DNA of 63,843 bases, counting the filler, from Reticulomyxa filosa (taxonomy: Eukaryota > Protista > Foraminifera), in NCBI GenBank assembly GCA_000512085.1. It is 16 parts of 16 records of this genome, joined end to end, with 100 filler letters (N's around TTAATTAATTAA, not from the genome) between each part and the next. Parts side by side here need not be neighbours in the genome. Positions count along the whole stretch, not along the records: positions 1 to 19,365 come from ASPP01005857.1; 15 more parts are not named here. One strand, 5' to 3'. A model generated the notes under the pieces. It did no database searches. It was not told where the DNA came from and saw nothing but the letters and a program-made list of their open reading frames with translations. Of this stretch, positions 1-13,469 are shown piece by piece. Within the stretch, counting starts at the first letter, position 1. Each line of letters starts with the position of its first letter. Both the position numbers and the translations under genes were made by a program.

Positions 1-3000
1 GAAGTCGGGTCCGCGGCTATCTTTGTGGAAGGAAATGTACTTTATTGTGAAATTTATGATAACGATGGGCTGGAGGGAATTTTCCTTGTTTTATATGTGC
101 GTGCGTTTGTTGGTGTATTGCCTGATCATTGGAGGAATCTTTTTCAACGTGTCCTGTGAGCAATCTTTTTTAAATGTTGGTTTGTTTATGTTTGTGTTTG
201 TCTTTTGTTTGTTTGAAAGCATTGCAAAGAAATTATTTATTTATTTATTTATTTTTTAAAAAAACACTCCAAAGGAACGCTTGCTGGCAGTGTTTGTGAT
301 CAGCTGTCTGCCATTGGCAACGTTGTGGCCGACATTGCAATTCTATCGTGAACATCGTGACTTTTGGATGAAGGAAATGCTATTTTATCAAAGGACTCGT
401 TTGGCGACCATTCTTACCGGCATTATAGTATTGATTTTTTCACACTCCATTTTGGTTGGGTTGTTCTCACTCATTCCTTGGAAAATGGATCGCTTGGGGT
501 CTGCTGATGTCCCTTCCTTATTTCGAATTTTATTCCTTCAAATTACTTCTTCTTTCATCGTCGGATTGGTTGGTCTGTTTACTGCCGAATTACAAGCCGC
601 TTCCAAGTTTATATCCTGTCTCTTTTTCTACTTTTCATTTCACATTACATTTCTTCTTCTATCTTTGTTGTTTTGTTTTTCAGCTTTCGACTGACCGCTC
701 CAATAATCACCGGCACTGTACTATTTGCAGGGGCTCTAGTTCATCCAGGACATGTCAATGGATTGGGTGGATATCTTGTTCCCATCGATTTCATGAGATA
801 TGCGCTTGAGTTTTTGCTTTATACAGTTTTGTTTTGCAATGTTTACATTTTATATATCCACAATTTGCTCTTCTCCATGCTTATAAGTTTGTGTGTATGC
901 AATGAACATAAACACAAAAGGATATCCACAATATTCGTGGCTCGTCTTGTCAAAGCTATGTCGAATCTGTGAAAGAAAGACGATTTCGTGACCGACCTGC
1001 CGTGGACTGCATGGTGTTATTGATTTGGTGCATGTGTTCACTATTTTTAGCCTATTTTTTCATGCGACAGTACGTGAAGACATTGTTCGCTTATTCGTCA
1101 CAATTTCAAATTGGAAGACTGGCTCCAAAAAAAGTTTGGATTTAGGTTTTTTTTTTTGCTGTTTTTCTTTTGATTAAATCCTCTTTTCTAAAATCAGGTC
1201 GTTACGGATTTGGATATTCCATCAGTTCCAGCAACACCAGAGTTTAATGGACAAAATCCCGCAATGTATTACGTAGATAATTTGCCATTGTCTCCATTGC
1301 AAGATATGGAGCGCGACCGAAGTCGAGATGACAGCCAATCAGTCGCAACGAAAGAAAACATGCACCATCAGCAGGCAATGCAATCGCAAGGCAATATCGC
1401 CGATGGAGGAGGAGATATGATACCGTCAGCACGTCAGCCAATGCAACCGACGATCAACAATCGAACTAACGTGGTGGCGGCGGCCATTGAAAGTGCGCAA
1501 ATTAGTGACATTTCACGGGCCACACCGCTGTCCCACGCTGTTTCGAATGTCCCAACTGGAATTGACTTTGTTCAAATGCCGACACATTTAGAGAACTTCC
1601 GTCGTATCACTTATGAAAGCGACGCGAGTTTGGATATTGACAGCATTCCTCAAGTGCCACCAAACTCCTCGCACTTTCAAATTTTGAGAACCAATAGCAA
1701 TAATCCCAGCAACAACAATAGCAATAATAATAACGCTAATACTAATACTAACGCTAATGCTAATAATATCAATGCAAATACAAACATGAATATAAATACG
1801 AATATTAATAACAACAATATAATAGTGAACACTGCAACAGCGAATGTCGTAGCAACAGACAACACGAACAAAGTCATGGGCACTCCCGTGACTTATGGAC
1901 ATACCGAACAGGTCTCCAGTTTATCTCAAATGGCGCCGATTTTGGAAAGTGGAAGTGCAACTCCTACACAATTGAACAATAGTCCATTGCAAGTTCAAGG
2001 TGCGATAATAATCGGCAATAACAATTCCGATGGTGCGATGGGCAACTTCCCGGATACTGCAGCATCGCAAGCTCACTCGAAAATGATGCCCAAACAAGTC
2101 AGTCAAGACTATCACCAAATATCACAACCACGAAGCAAAGAGAAAAGCTTGGGCCGAATTAATCGAAGCAATCGTCGTCGAGGAAGCTTGTCGTTTAAAA
2201 CGATGAATGATCCCCGATTTTTGACTTTGGAAAATGGAACTCCTGTGACAACCATTACCCCATTACAACTGCCCATTGAGACTATTCAAGAAGCCAAAGA
2301 GCCGTCTTCCGAGTCACCACGTGCGAAAGACGCTTCTGCTGGGTTGCGCTCACCACCTTTAAAAAAATCACCGACCCCTCCTCGAAGTCAGAAAACAGAT
2401 GTAGAAAACAGCGAACGAACAGATGACACAAAAGTAAATGATGAGAAAAAAGACCAGAGAACCACAAATGAGACAAGACCAAGAGGCAAAAAGATGGGAA
2501 GAATAACTGATGACATGGTTATCATGACCGAATCACAAGACACTACCGACACTGTGTCCAAAGGCCGCATTTTATTTAAATTTTATCATATTACTATTGT
2601 TGATCAATACCGACATACTTTATTCAGTAATGTGTCCGGGAATTTGATAGAAGATTCACTGACCTTGTTGCTCTGTCCAACGAATGTCAATGCTATCCCG
2701 TTTCGTTCAATTGTCCATTCAAACTCATACATGCGCACACGTATTTGTATACGTATGTATATACGCATGTGTGTGTGTGTTATGTGTGTAATATATTTGT
2801 AAAACAGATTATTGCGCTCGTTGGCCGGAATGAGCACAGACGAAAAAGTGTATATTGAGGGACGAGTCATTGTAGAAGGACATGAACTAACACAAGAAGT
2901 GGAACTCTCCAAAAAAAGAATTGTGGGCTATGTTCCTATCAATCCATGCTTGCCGGAATTACTGACTGTCCAGTTAGTATACAGACGCTCTTACATACAC

Positions 3001-5590
3001 TCAATTTTCCTTTTATCTTTTAAAACAAAGAAAATTAACATTTGGCCTTTTTTTTCCTCTCTCCCTCTCCCCCCCCCCCCCCCTCCCAACAACTACTTTT
3101 CCGCAGAGAAATTATTCGACTGGCGTTGATTTTGACCGAAGCGGATAAACCGGTGGATGAGCCGCTAAATCCAATGGGACATTTATTGGATATTTTGGAT
3201 ATGAAAGATCTCGCAAACGAAGTGATTCACACATTGCCAAGTTTACTTTCTCTTTGTATCTCTTTAATCGGAACCAAGATCAAAACAAAAACAAAACAAA
3301 ACCATTTCTTAACAGGATTGGAGTACTTAAAGCTAGCCGTAGCGTATTGCAGTATTCGATGCAAAGCAAGGATCGTGTTGATTGAAAATATATTGGCGGA
3401 ATTAGATTCACTTGAACGCATGTATTTGATGAAATATTTATCAAAACTGAGCAAACAAAGTCACTTAGCGATAATGTTGAGTGTAAACGAATGTCCATAT
3501 GTGGTGATAGAAGAGAATCTAGTGGACTGCGTTATGCTATTATCTCCTTTGCCAAGTGGAACAACAATGGTGTATCAAGGACAGATAAAACAAGCGTTAA
3601 TCGATATCCCCAAAGTGTTTGATGTGAAGACCTATGAAAATATCATTGATGAATTCATTGACATAGCCAGTCGAACGGATGGGCCGAATGTCCAAAAATT
3701 GAAGAACTTTGTGTGTGATTTGGAAGACTCACATTTGTATGAAGCACCCGAAAAGTTTGAACCTTTGCACATGAGTGCTTACATGCATACAAAACAAGGA
3801 TGGCTGGAGTATTGGTATTTGGGATGGTTGTACTGGCGATTCGTCGCAAATAACCCGGGTCTATTTCTGTGGGCTGTTGTCAGATTGATGTCGCAAGTGG
3901 TCATGTGCTGCTTAGCTTTTTGGAGAGTTCTGCTTATACTTTGATTGTTTCTTTTTGTTTTATTTTATTTGAATTGTCGAGGAGACGTTCCAGATTATTA
4001 ACGGCTTGACTTATATAATAATAATTATTATTATTATTATTATTATTATAGGTCCCCAGCAGCGTGTCCGGAAGTAAAACCATGTTTGGAGCAATGTCTG
4101 CACTGTTGTTTATTTTTGCAATGCAAACACCGAACAATCACCGCCTATTCTTACCTTTGCTGAAATTGGGTATCCAAGATTGGCGAAGTGGTAAATACAG
4201 CTTGATGATGATGGCCACGTTGCATTGTTGGGCCCAGTACCTGTTTTCTGCATGCTTGGCCACTTTGGCAGCACTGATAAGCTATTGGACAATCAATTTC
4301 CAAGCTCCGGTAGAAGGGCTGGGCTACAGTGTGGTGTTATTCGCAATGGGATTTGTATATAGTGCCGGGGTTTGGGACTCGTTGTATTTCGGCTTGTACA
4401 CCTTGGGTTTTTCTGAAAATGTGTCCTGGGCCATTATGTCACACTTGTTGCTGTACTTTTGGCTTTTCAGCGGAAGTTTTATTTCCAAGCATTCAATGCC
4501 GGTTTAGTGTAATTTGTCATTACTTTTTCTTTTGTTTGTTTTTTGACATTGAATCAAATACTGCAAATATTTGTTGTGTATTTTACATGTACACACGACA
4601 GGTGGTATTGCGATATTTAGGCTATTATATCAATCCAATTCGACTTACTATTGAGGCCCAGTATTGTGCAGTGATTTTACCAAAGACTTTCGGAAATCAG
4701 CGCGGAAGTGATATTTTGGTAAACTCTGGATATACTTGTGCCGTCGGTTTTGATTTGTGCTTGGTGCTTATCATTACTTTTATTGTCCGAGTTAGTGCGT
4801 CGATGTACTTAGCCTATCGCTATGAAGCCAACTCCTTGTATAATCGCTTCGCTTGCAAAGTAATGCCAATTGACGAAGAAGGACCCGATTCCCACGACGA
4901 AGAGGATGATGATGATGACGATGACGATGAACCTCACAAAGTCGTAATCAATGATTTCAAAGAAGATATACAAAGAGAGATGGTGGATCGTAAAGAAGAT
5001 GCCAATAAAAACACAACGGATCGCAAAGAGGATGAATATGCAAATGATTACAAATTAATGGATCCTGTTACAGATTACAGCATCAACAAAAGTCCAAAAG
5101 GTTCTGCCAACAAACAGAATAGATAAAAACTTGCTCTTTTAACCTTTTCAAATGATACGTGATCGATTGATAATGATTTTTGGAAATAAACAAATAATTG
5201 ATAGGTTCAAAGACCAAAGTGAAGAAGCAACGCGGATTGATAGAGCAGGTGACAAAGTGGGTTTTCTTCCAAGAAAGGTGACAAAAAGCCAAAGAACCGT
5301 GTCAATGAAAAATACAGTGGATTATTGCACTCAGATGGTAATTGTTTTGTTTGATTGATTGACTGTTTGATTTTTAAAATTTCATCATTTTAGGCACAAA
5401 GAAACAATTGTTGTTGGTTAAAATACAACATATAGATCACGAAAGTATTAGCATGGATGACATGCACGACAACAGTGAAAGCGCACCAGAAGCAATAGAA
5501 ATTGGAGAGGACGAAAATGTGGACGAAGGTAATAAAAACAAAAAAGTATCACAGCTGATATTGAGTAGTCCTGGTGATCAAGCGATCTGA
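1..5590 (+). CDS. Full-size ABCG/PDR-type transporter, 5' truncated: TMD1, long N/S/T-rich linker, degenerate NBD, TMD2, acidic tail; multi-exon
   Basis: ORFs 23-259, 281-694 and 673-972 give ABC2-membrane-like hydrophobic segments. ORF 1210-2802 ends in an NBD start (LFSNVSGNLIEDSLTLLLCP). Then GRVIVEG..IVGYVP..LPELLTV/REIIRLA, VLIENILAELDS and MVYQGQIKQAL, then a second TMD (3800-4850). Exon borders are only approximate. Confidence 0.75.
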
Positions 5591-6432
5591 AAACAAAAAT
5601 AAAGTCAAATAAATAAAAATATCGTTTATACATGGCCGTCAACATTGTTTTTGGATTTTTATTTATTATGTGTTTGTTACATTGCTTGCAGTGTTTTGTT
5701 TTTGCAATGGTTGTTTTATTTTGTTTTCTTTCCTTCTTGGTGTGTATTCCCCCTTTCTGTTTTCATATTTGTTTTTGAAATGTTGCCAATTTTGTGTTTT
5801 GCGCACAGAAACTTGAGCTGCTTTTTCTTTTTTTCACGGCCAAACAAAGAAGATATTTTTCATCGAAAAGGCTGCTATTTCATTAAAAGTGTATATCCAT
5901 CAATTTTCTTATCATTACAATCTAAGTTTTGTTTCGCATAAATAATAATGAGCTCAGAGGTTTTTCGATTTTATGTATTCTTTGATATGTTAACATCCTA
6001 CGAGTAGTTAATATTTATTTCATATTTTAAAAGTTTAGTTTTTAGCGCACGTCACACTAACAGGAAACCAACTTTTTGTTGTGTAATATGGTATTTGCGA
6101 TTAAGTTTCTTCTATAAAAAGAAAAATTGCAAATTAGTACAAGAAATTTTTGGACGCACTAAAAAACAATTTCTTCAATTTTCATGTTAGTAGTTAAGTT
6201 TGGTTTATTTGCACGAGGCATAGATAGGAAGATCAGCTTTGAATTTTTAATGAGTAACGTGATCAAAGTCAAAATTTAAAACAAAAAGAAAAAACAAACA
6301 AAAGAGCTAAGGGATTAAATTCAACACCAAAAAGAAAATTCCCTTATGTTTGTCCAGCAAAAAACCAATTAAAAGAATAGTCATTATAATTAAAAAATAC
6401 GTAGTGTTGTGTTTACTTTTGAATTACAAAAT

Positions 6433-8896
6433 TTAGTACATTTTCATAAGTTTAAATTGATCCCACACTCCCTTACCAACTTTAATGTTGTCAATAAGTC
6501 GAGTCGATTTGCCGACACTTCCAGCAATGGAAATGGTAACGCACTGATTTTTACCATCAATTGCTAGGTTATCATCAAGCTGAAATCCCGTGTCAGGATC
6601 GTGAAATGCAATATACTCCAACTCAACGTTGTTGTTGCGAGCAAATTCGGCCCCAATTTTTCGCAACTCTTTAACAGTAAGATGGACATGAGAAGAGAGA
6701 TCACTGGATGTACTGTTAAGATAAATTTTAGTGGCCATAACGGACAAAATTTGGTAAATCAAAGGAGCTCTCTGTTTTTCTTGTGGGGTCAATTTGTTAT
6801 TGCGGCTCGACATGGCCAATCCAGAGGGTTCTCGAACAGTGGGATGAACAACAATTTCCAAGTCAGGAAAAAACTCTTGCGCCAATCGAGTAACAAGAAT
6901 GCATTGAATGAAATCTTTTTGTCCAAATATGGCTTTATGTGGCCGTACCCAAGCAAATAGTTTAGTAACCACAGAACCAACACCTTGAAAATGGCCAGGT
7001 CTTTGTTTGGCCTCATCGACTTTTTCACCCAATGTATAAAAATCAACAAACGGACGAAATAGTTCCTTAGCTAACGGATACATCTCTTGAGCCGATGGTG
7101 TGAAAATCACATCAACTCCAATATCTGTCAACATCCTAATGTCGTCTTGCATATTCATTGGATATGTTTCCAAGTCCTTGACATTATTAAATTGAGTAGG
7201 ATTTAAGAACAAACTCGTCCATATTTTTGCATTTGGATACACGTTCTTTGCGTGTTTCACCAATGCCAAATGTCCATCATGCAGCCCTCCCAAAAATGGG
7301 ATGAACACTACCACGGCATCTTTTGTGTTTTTTTCAAGCTCACTGCGATATTGCCGTAATTCTTTCGCCGAAGCTACGACCTTCGTTTGTGCCTGTTTAT
7401 TCAAAAGTGGTTTATTTGGGCTTGAAGAAGAAGGAGTAGGGACAGGTCCAAAATCTGTGGACAAATCAAAATCGCCAAGTTGTGTATTGGTGCCTTTTAA
7501 TTGTTGAAATTGGTTCCTTGTTTTTTCTGATAAAAAGTACGAATGATCTTTGGTCGGAAAAGCCTTCGTCTTGACGTCGCTTACATAGTTTTCAATCGAC
7601 GCTATCACATTTGTTGAAAGTTTGTCATACTGCTTCACAAATTTGTAGGGTTGTGCATCCAACCCTAATCCAAGCAGGTCATGCCACACTAACACCTTTC
7701 AACAAACATACACGTACATAAAAAAAGCATCGCTTAATTCGACCTTTTTTTTTTTTTTTTTTTGAAAAGATAGGAGCAACAACAATGAGACCCCTCTTTG
7801 ACAAAACCTACCTGGCCATCACAAAACGGTCCTGAGCCAATTCCAATAGTCGGTATTTCTAAAATGTTGCTGAGATACTTGGCCGTTTCCACACAAACTT
7901 TTTCCAACACCAAAAAGGAACAGCCTGCGTCTTGCAACCGAAGTGCTTCTTCTTTCATCCGTTCAATGTCTTTCAGGTTGTTCCCACGAACACCAAAGCA
8001 GTCCGCTGTTTGCGGCAACAGTCCCAAGTGCCCACAGACAGGCACAAAGCGACTGATGCTCGATACCACCTCAGGCATGAATCCTTCCAGTTTCACGCTG
8101 TTGACTTGTCCATTACTCACCATTTTACATGCGTTCCGTATCGCTTCTGAACAAAATTTATTTCGAGCATTTTTGCGCGACATTCATCAAACAACGTACA
8201 AAAAAAAGCGACAAAAAAATTAAATTTAGTTTGACTTAAAAGTATTAGCAACAAGATTTTTAGTAGTTGATTTTTTTTTTTTCCAATAAATAAAAAAAAA
8301 AATACCGTCACACGTCAGATAAGACGCAAATGGCATATCGCCAACAACATACGCTCTTTCAACACCGCGAGAGACCGCTGCACAGTGATGGATCATACTA
8401 TCCAGTGTAATTTCATTCGTACTGCGCATCCCCAACATCACGTTCGCACATGAGTCTCCCACTAGGATCATATCCACACCTGCTTTGTCCGCGAGCTTGC
8501 CTTGGCTGAAGTCATACGCGGTTATCTACATTTTTTTTTTTTTACGTTCGACATTAACAATATCATACACACACGCATTGTATGTAATGCTTATGTGTTT
8601 ATACATACATATATTTGTATTTACTGATATGTGTATATTTATCTGTGTATATACGCATATGCTATGTATACAACAATCTATTGTCCCACCTCATCTCAAA
8701 AGCTTTATCAACTTTGATATAGGCACAGAAAAAGAACAAAATTTTGAACCATTGCAATGGGTTCTTTCCTCTTTTTCATCGCCAACAAGTGTTTCAGTTT
8801 TATCTTGCTCACTGGGGTCTGTTGGGTCACATATGTTCGACGCATATTTGAAAATATTCGCGAATTTAACCCAGATACACCTCCACGTTGCTTCAT
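6433..8896 (-). CDS. panB-panC: Bifunctional ketopantoate hydroxymethyltransferase (PanB) - pantoate:beta-alanine ligase (PanC) fusion, ~654 aa, 4 exons
   Basis: Exons 8896-8750, 8525-8306, 8146-7812 and 7695-6433 (all GT-AG) total 1965 nt and stay in frame. PanB motifs: PIAM/ITAYD, ILVGDS, VVGDMPF, VKLEG, HLGLLPQ, PTIGIGSG..CDGQVLVWHDLLG. PanC motifs: GGLHDGH, FLNPTQF, RPGHFQGV, FGQKD, REPSGLAMSSRN, RLIDN. Confidence 0.93.
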
Positions 8897-9588
8897 TTGT
8901 TGGGATCAAGAAGGATTGTTGGAAAATTCCTTGAGGGAAAATAAATTATTAAATAGAAAGGTTTAGAATTTCAACCCCTGTCAAAAGAGAAACAAGAAAA
9001 CTTACTGCGTTTTTTTTAAATTTTACCTTTGTACCAATCACCCAAATGGCCCATATCAAAACCACTATATTTTTCGCGTTATGAACAATTGTGGGGTTAT
9101 GATTTTTCGGTTTGAGCAAGCTAGATGTGGCTGTAGTTTGAAATACCTTCTTATAAATATTTTTTGTAGTTGATGGGAGAACTGAAAGGCATGTAAGGTA
9201 AGCATGGCTTGTTTTTTCCTGCAAGTAAAATAGGCTCTCCTCTGACATCTCAAAAAGAAGAAAGAAGTTACAATATTAGTCACTCATTACACCAGCACAA
9301 GTGAAAGAAGAGGAAACAGTTTAAAAAAAAGAGTTTATACAGCAGTGACCAAGTTATAAAATGTGATAGAAAATAAGGCTTTATGATGTATTTAGAATAT
9401 CTTGAGCTCTTGTTTTGGTCCACACACAAATCATATTATAACCAGTAAAAAAATAAAAATAAAGTATTGACCCAAAAAAGACTAACCGACAAAAACGAAA
9501 ACAACATTACATTTGCAGACTTTTCATCGGGGCAAGTAAGCAAACAAAACAAAAAACAAAAAAAAAATTAAAAGTTACTTTGGCTGTA

Positions 9589-12366
9589 TTACAACATCTC
9601 GGAAGGTTGAGATCCCGAGCCCACACTATCTTCACGCCACTCATTTTCAAGCATTGCTATCCCAACATAAAAAAAAATTAAAATTAGTAAATACAATCAG
9701 AACAAAAAAGAAAAACAAACCTCCGTCAGTGTCAGCATCAAGATCACCATCCGGATCAGAAGTATTGGCACGGGTTCGTCGACTAGAAGGACTACGCAAG
9801 ATATGGTGTTTTTTGGGGAAGTTAGTGTTGAGAGTTGTTTTCTGTTTGTTGAGGATTCCACTTTTGTTGGTTTGTGCAGCGATTTCGTCCAAACTGAAAC
9901 CACAGACTGTTTGTCTTCGTGTTGGTTTGTTGTGATTTGGGGAGGTTGTATCATTGGACGGAGGTACAGGTATAGTCGGCATATTTGCATCCACCTTGTT
10001 GTCATTGCTTGACGGCGCACGGATCGGAGTTGGTTGTGAAGAGATTGGATATGTGTTTTGTGTTGGGCGAGTGGGACTGGTCATGGCAGGGATCGGAAAT
10101 GAAGAGGGATATGGTGGGAGAGGGACATTAGCGGCAACAGGAGTGGTCGAGGGCATGGTCGGTACGAGCACCGAGGGGTTTCCAGAATTGGATATTGACA
10201 CTGCACGACGATGGATCGTTGGTAGATCATTTCGAATGGGCGTGATAGACGTGTTGTAACCGTTGCCAGATGATGTTATCGCATATGCCATATGTGACGG
10301 TGGCGTTATTCCCATTCCATTCATTGAATCTGTCAGTATATATATGTTATATCGTTTAGTCATTTTTTTAATGTTGATACGAAAAGAGAAAGGGCACGCG
10401 AATTAAAAGAAATACCTATTGGTATATTGACTTCATTTGAAACCCTGGGCATATATACTATTGAAGGCTGAAACAATTGGGGTGAATACAGATTTGTTGA
10501 AGGCTTGTAAAGAGTCGATGTGGGCATCCTTTCTTCATTATTGATTTCATCGCCATCATCTTCTTCCTCTTCCTGTCGCCCTTCGGACTCTTCACTCTCA
10601 GAATCGCTTGGGCCGGGACTTGGTTCCTTCTCCGCTTGAATCTTTTCATACGTTTGTCCTTTTCCAATTGTGTGATTGCATTTATTTTACTTTTTTGCTC
10701 GTGTAAAGGCCAATGATGTGGGATGCACTCAACTCCGCAAATATACAAAGCTAATCACGCAAATGCTGCACAGTCCTAAAATCGACCCAATCAACAGTCC
10801 AATTGGCCACTTTTGTGACAACATCCATTCCTGTGCTGTTGTCGCATCATTTGTTTTTCCTTCCTATGTCGTTTGTGTATGTGTATATATGATGCATGTT
10901 TCATTAAAACATTTCCAAAAAATATATACAATATACACATACAACTTGCATGGCAATCTTGAAATAGCATCCGTAGACATGTGACGCATAGTATTGTCCA
11001 GAGGTGTAATCAAAATTGCTATCGGAGACGGTGTAATCGAGGATGCTATAGTCGGTGCTATCGACCAATAATGTCATGAAGTGGGTCTCGAGGCCAGTCA
11101 AGTCCAAGCATATTTGCAATTGCGACGACTTCATATTCGTCAACACCAGAATCGGTAGATTGCAGAATATCGTGGATGAGTTGTCATTCTGCGCATTACC
11201 GCTGACATTGTTGCTCGATGTGGTAGTGGTGATCGTCTTTGCAACGTATGTCACAAGATGCGTGCCGACAGTAAAGTAATCCCCGGGCTTGTTTTCACCC
11301 GTCACAATCGCCCGTCCGTTGTTGCGGACCGAGGGCTCGATCCAGTATACCTTCGTTTTCGGGTCACTGCTGGTGTCTGTCGACAATATGAATCCCAACC
11401 ACGTGGTCTGTGCCAAGCTATCACACTGTTTCCATGTCAGCTGTCCATCCGAGCTTTGTCCAGCTTTTTATATTATATTAATAATATATACACATACATA
11501 TATATTTATATGTACGTTAGGCTTTGTCTGAAGTGGCATACTCCCAAACTTGGCTTGGCCGTGGTTGTTGATGGACAAGAGACATTCGTATGCACACATA
11601 AACACTCATCTGAGTGATCGGCACAATCAATTTTTCCATTGCATACATGACTACTGGCGATGCATGTTGCTCCGTTATCGCACATGTATTGTTCAGATCC
11701 AGATCCATTACATGCTTTAGATCCGTCAATGCATACATATATGCATATATATGTATATTGCATATTTATTTATTTATTTATGCTTCTTCTTCATATGCTC
11801 CGAAAAGGAGGGGGGGGGAGGGGAAGGGGGACAAACAAATACACATTAAACAAAAATGCATCGAGATCCTTACCGGGACAGTTCATCTCATCTTCTCCGT
11901 GATAACAATCTATGTTATAATCGCATTGTGCTGCTTTTGGAATACATTCTCCGTCATAACATTTGAACTGTGTTTCTGAATCGCAAGGGGTACAAAATTG
12001 TTCGTCGTCTCCTTGTGGACAGTCCATCCAACCGTCGCATTTCCATTTCGATGATATACATCTTTCAGTGCCACGACATATGTATCCGCTGATCTCACAA
12101 GCTGTACAATTTATTTCATCGGTTCCATCTACACAATCATTTTCATAATCACATCTCCATTCAGATCGAATACATTGCCCATTTCCACATCTCCATCCTG
12201 AACCTGAACAGGATAATGCTGCCATTTGTTTGTGTGTTCACATAATCAACCCTTAAAATGACTGAAATTTAAAGTTTTGTTCTTTTCTCAGCATACCTAC
12301 AAGCCCGAGATATGATTTCAAAAATAGCAATGCAAAAATTGAATATTTCAAAAAAGACATGATCAT
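9589..12366 (-). CDS. Type I membrane protein: signal peptide, 4 LDL-receptor class A repeats, HYR-like domain, one TM helix, acidic then Pro/Ser/Thr-rich cytoplasmic tail; multi-exon
   Basis: Signal-like exon MIMSFLKYSIFALLFLKSYLGLV. LDLa repeats with C..G.CI...W.CD...DC.DG.DE (11880-12225, 11610-11730). HYR-like VYWIEPSV..N....KPGDYFTVGTHLVTYVA. TM WPIGLLIGSILGLCSICVISFVYL (~10740-10810). Tail exons at 10417-10659 and 9720-10330; stop TAA at 9589-9591. Confidence 0.8.
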
Positions 12367-13469
12367 GCCAGGGTTTTGAAATTCGGACAACTTGTTTCTG
12401 AACTCATACAAAATCATTTTGCATTTCTTAAAATGTTTACAGAGTCTCATATTTGTTCTTAAACTGTAATTCACTCCTAAAATATGCATCACATAATGTT
12501 TTCTTTTATGACGATAAATCTTTTAAAAATAATGACCAATACGATATGCTAATTTGACATCTGTTTTTAGAGTGGAAACGAAATTCTGGAGTTATAGAAG
12601 ACAATGTTAATAACAAATTCCTGAACCATTCATATTTTGAAAATTCACTGGTGATAAAACTCACAAAAATAATTGAACACTAACTCCGCTTTTTTCGCGT
12701 TGTTTACAGCCCACAAAAAAAAGTATTAACATGCTTCATTTTAATAACAATAAGCAAATATAAATAATATCAGGGAAAATGACAAAAAGATTATCATACA
12801 TATGTCAAGATATCTATAGTATGTTGCAGAAAAAGCTGATTGCTTGACTTATGAAAAAAGAAAGCAAAAAAAAGTAAGTTTTTTATGAGAAAAGTTCTAA
12901 GTGATTGTAGTACAGCGTACTACGGGACACAAAGTCATAATTGACTTCGTAATCTTAATGTAATAATTTCATTTGCTATTTTATTCTCTAATTTACTTTC
13001 CATTTCCCTACATGATTTATTTAAAATCTTGTTTTTGTTGTTTGTAATGAAAAATGAATAAAATTTGAAGTACGTTGCGCCCATCATAAACTTTTTTTTA
13101 AATAGTCAATACAAACGCAAAAGATAATGAGATTGAAGTAATTTGCGTGAACTTATATATTATTTTTCATTTTTTCTAAATATCTCTCAAAAAGTTGAAA
13201 AAAGCTTATTGTAGAATGACACATAATCCGTTACAATGCTCCTTTATTTTATTTTGCGTGAAGACTGCTATTTTCGAATCTAAGAATGACATACATTTAT
13301 TTCCTTTTTTTACTCAACTCTTACTTGAGTCTCCAACAAATAATGATTTTTTTTCTCAACAACTCGGGCGCCATTTACTTGGTCCCTTTTGTAACAAACT
13401 CTCCACGTGGTTGATGTCGTCCAAATATATAATGAAGAATATTGAATTGATTTGAACATAGACACAACA

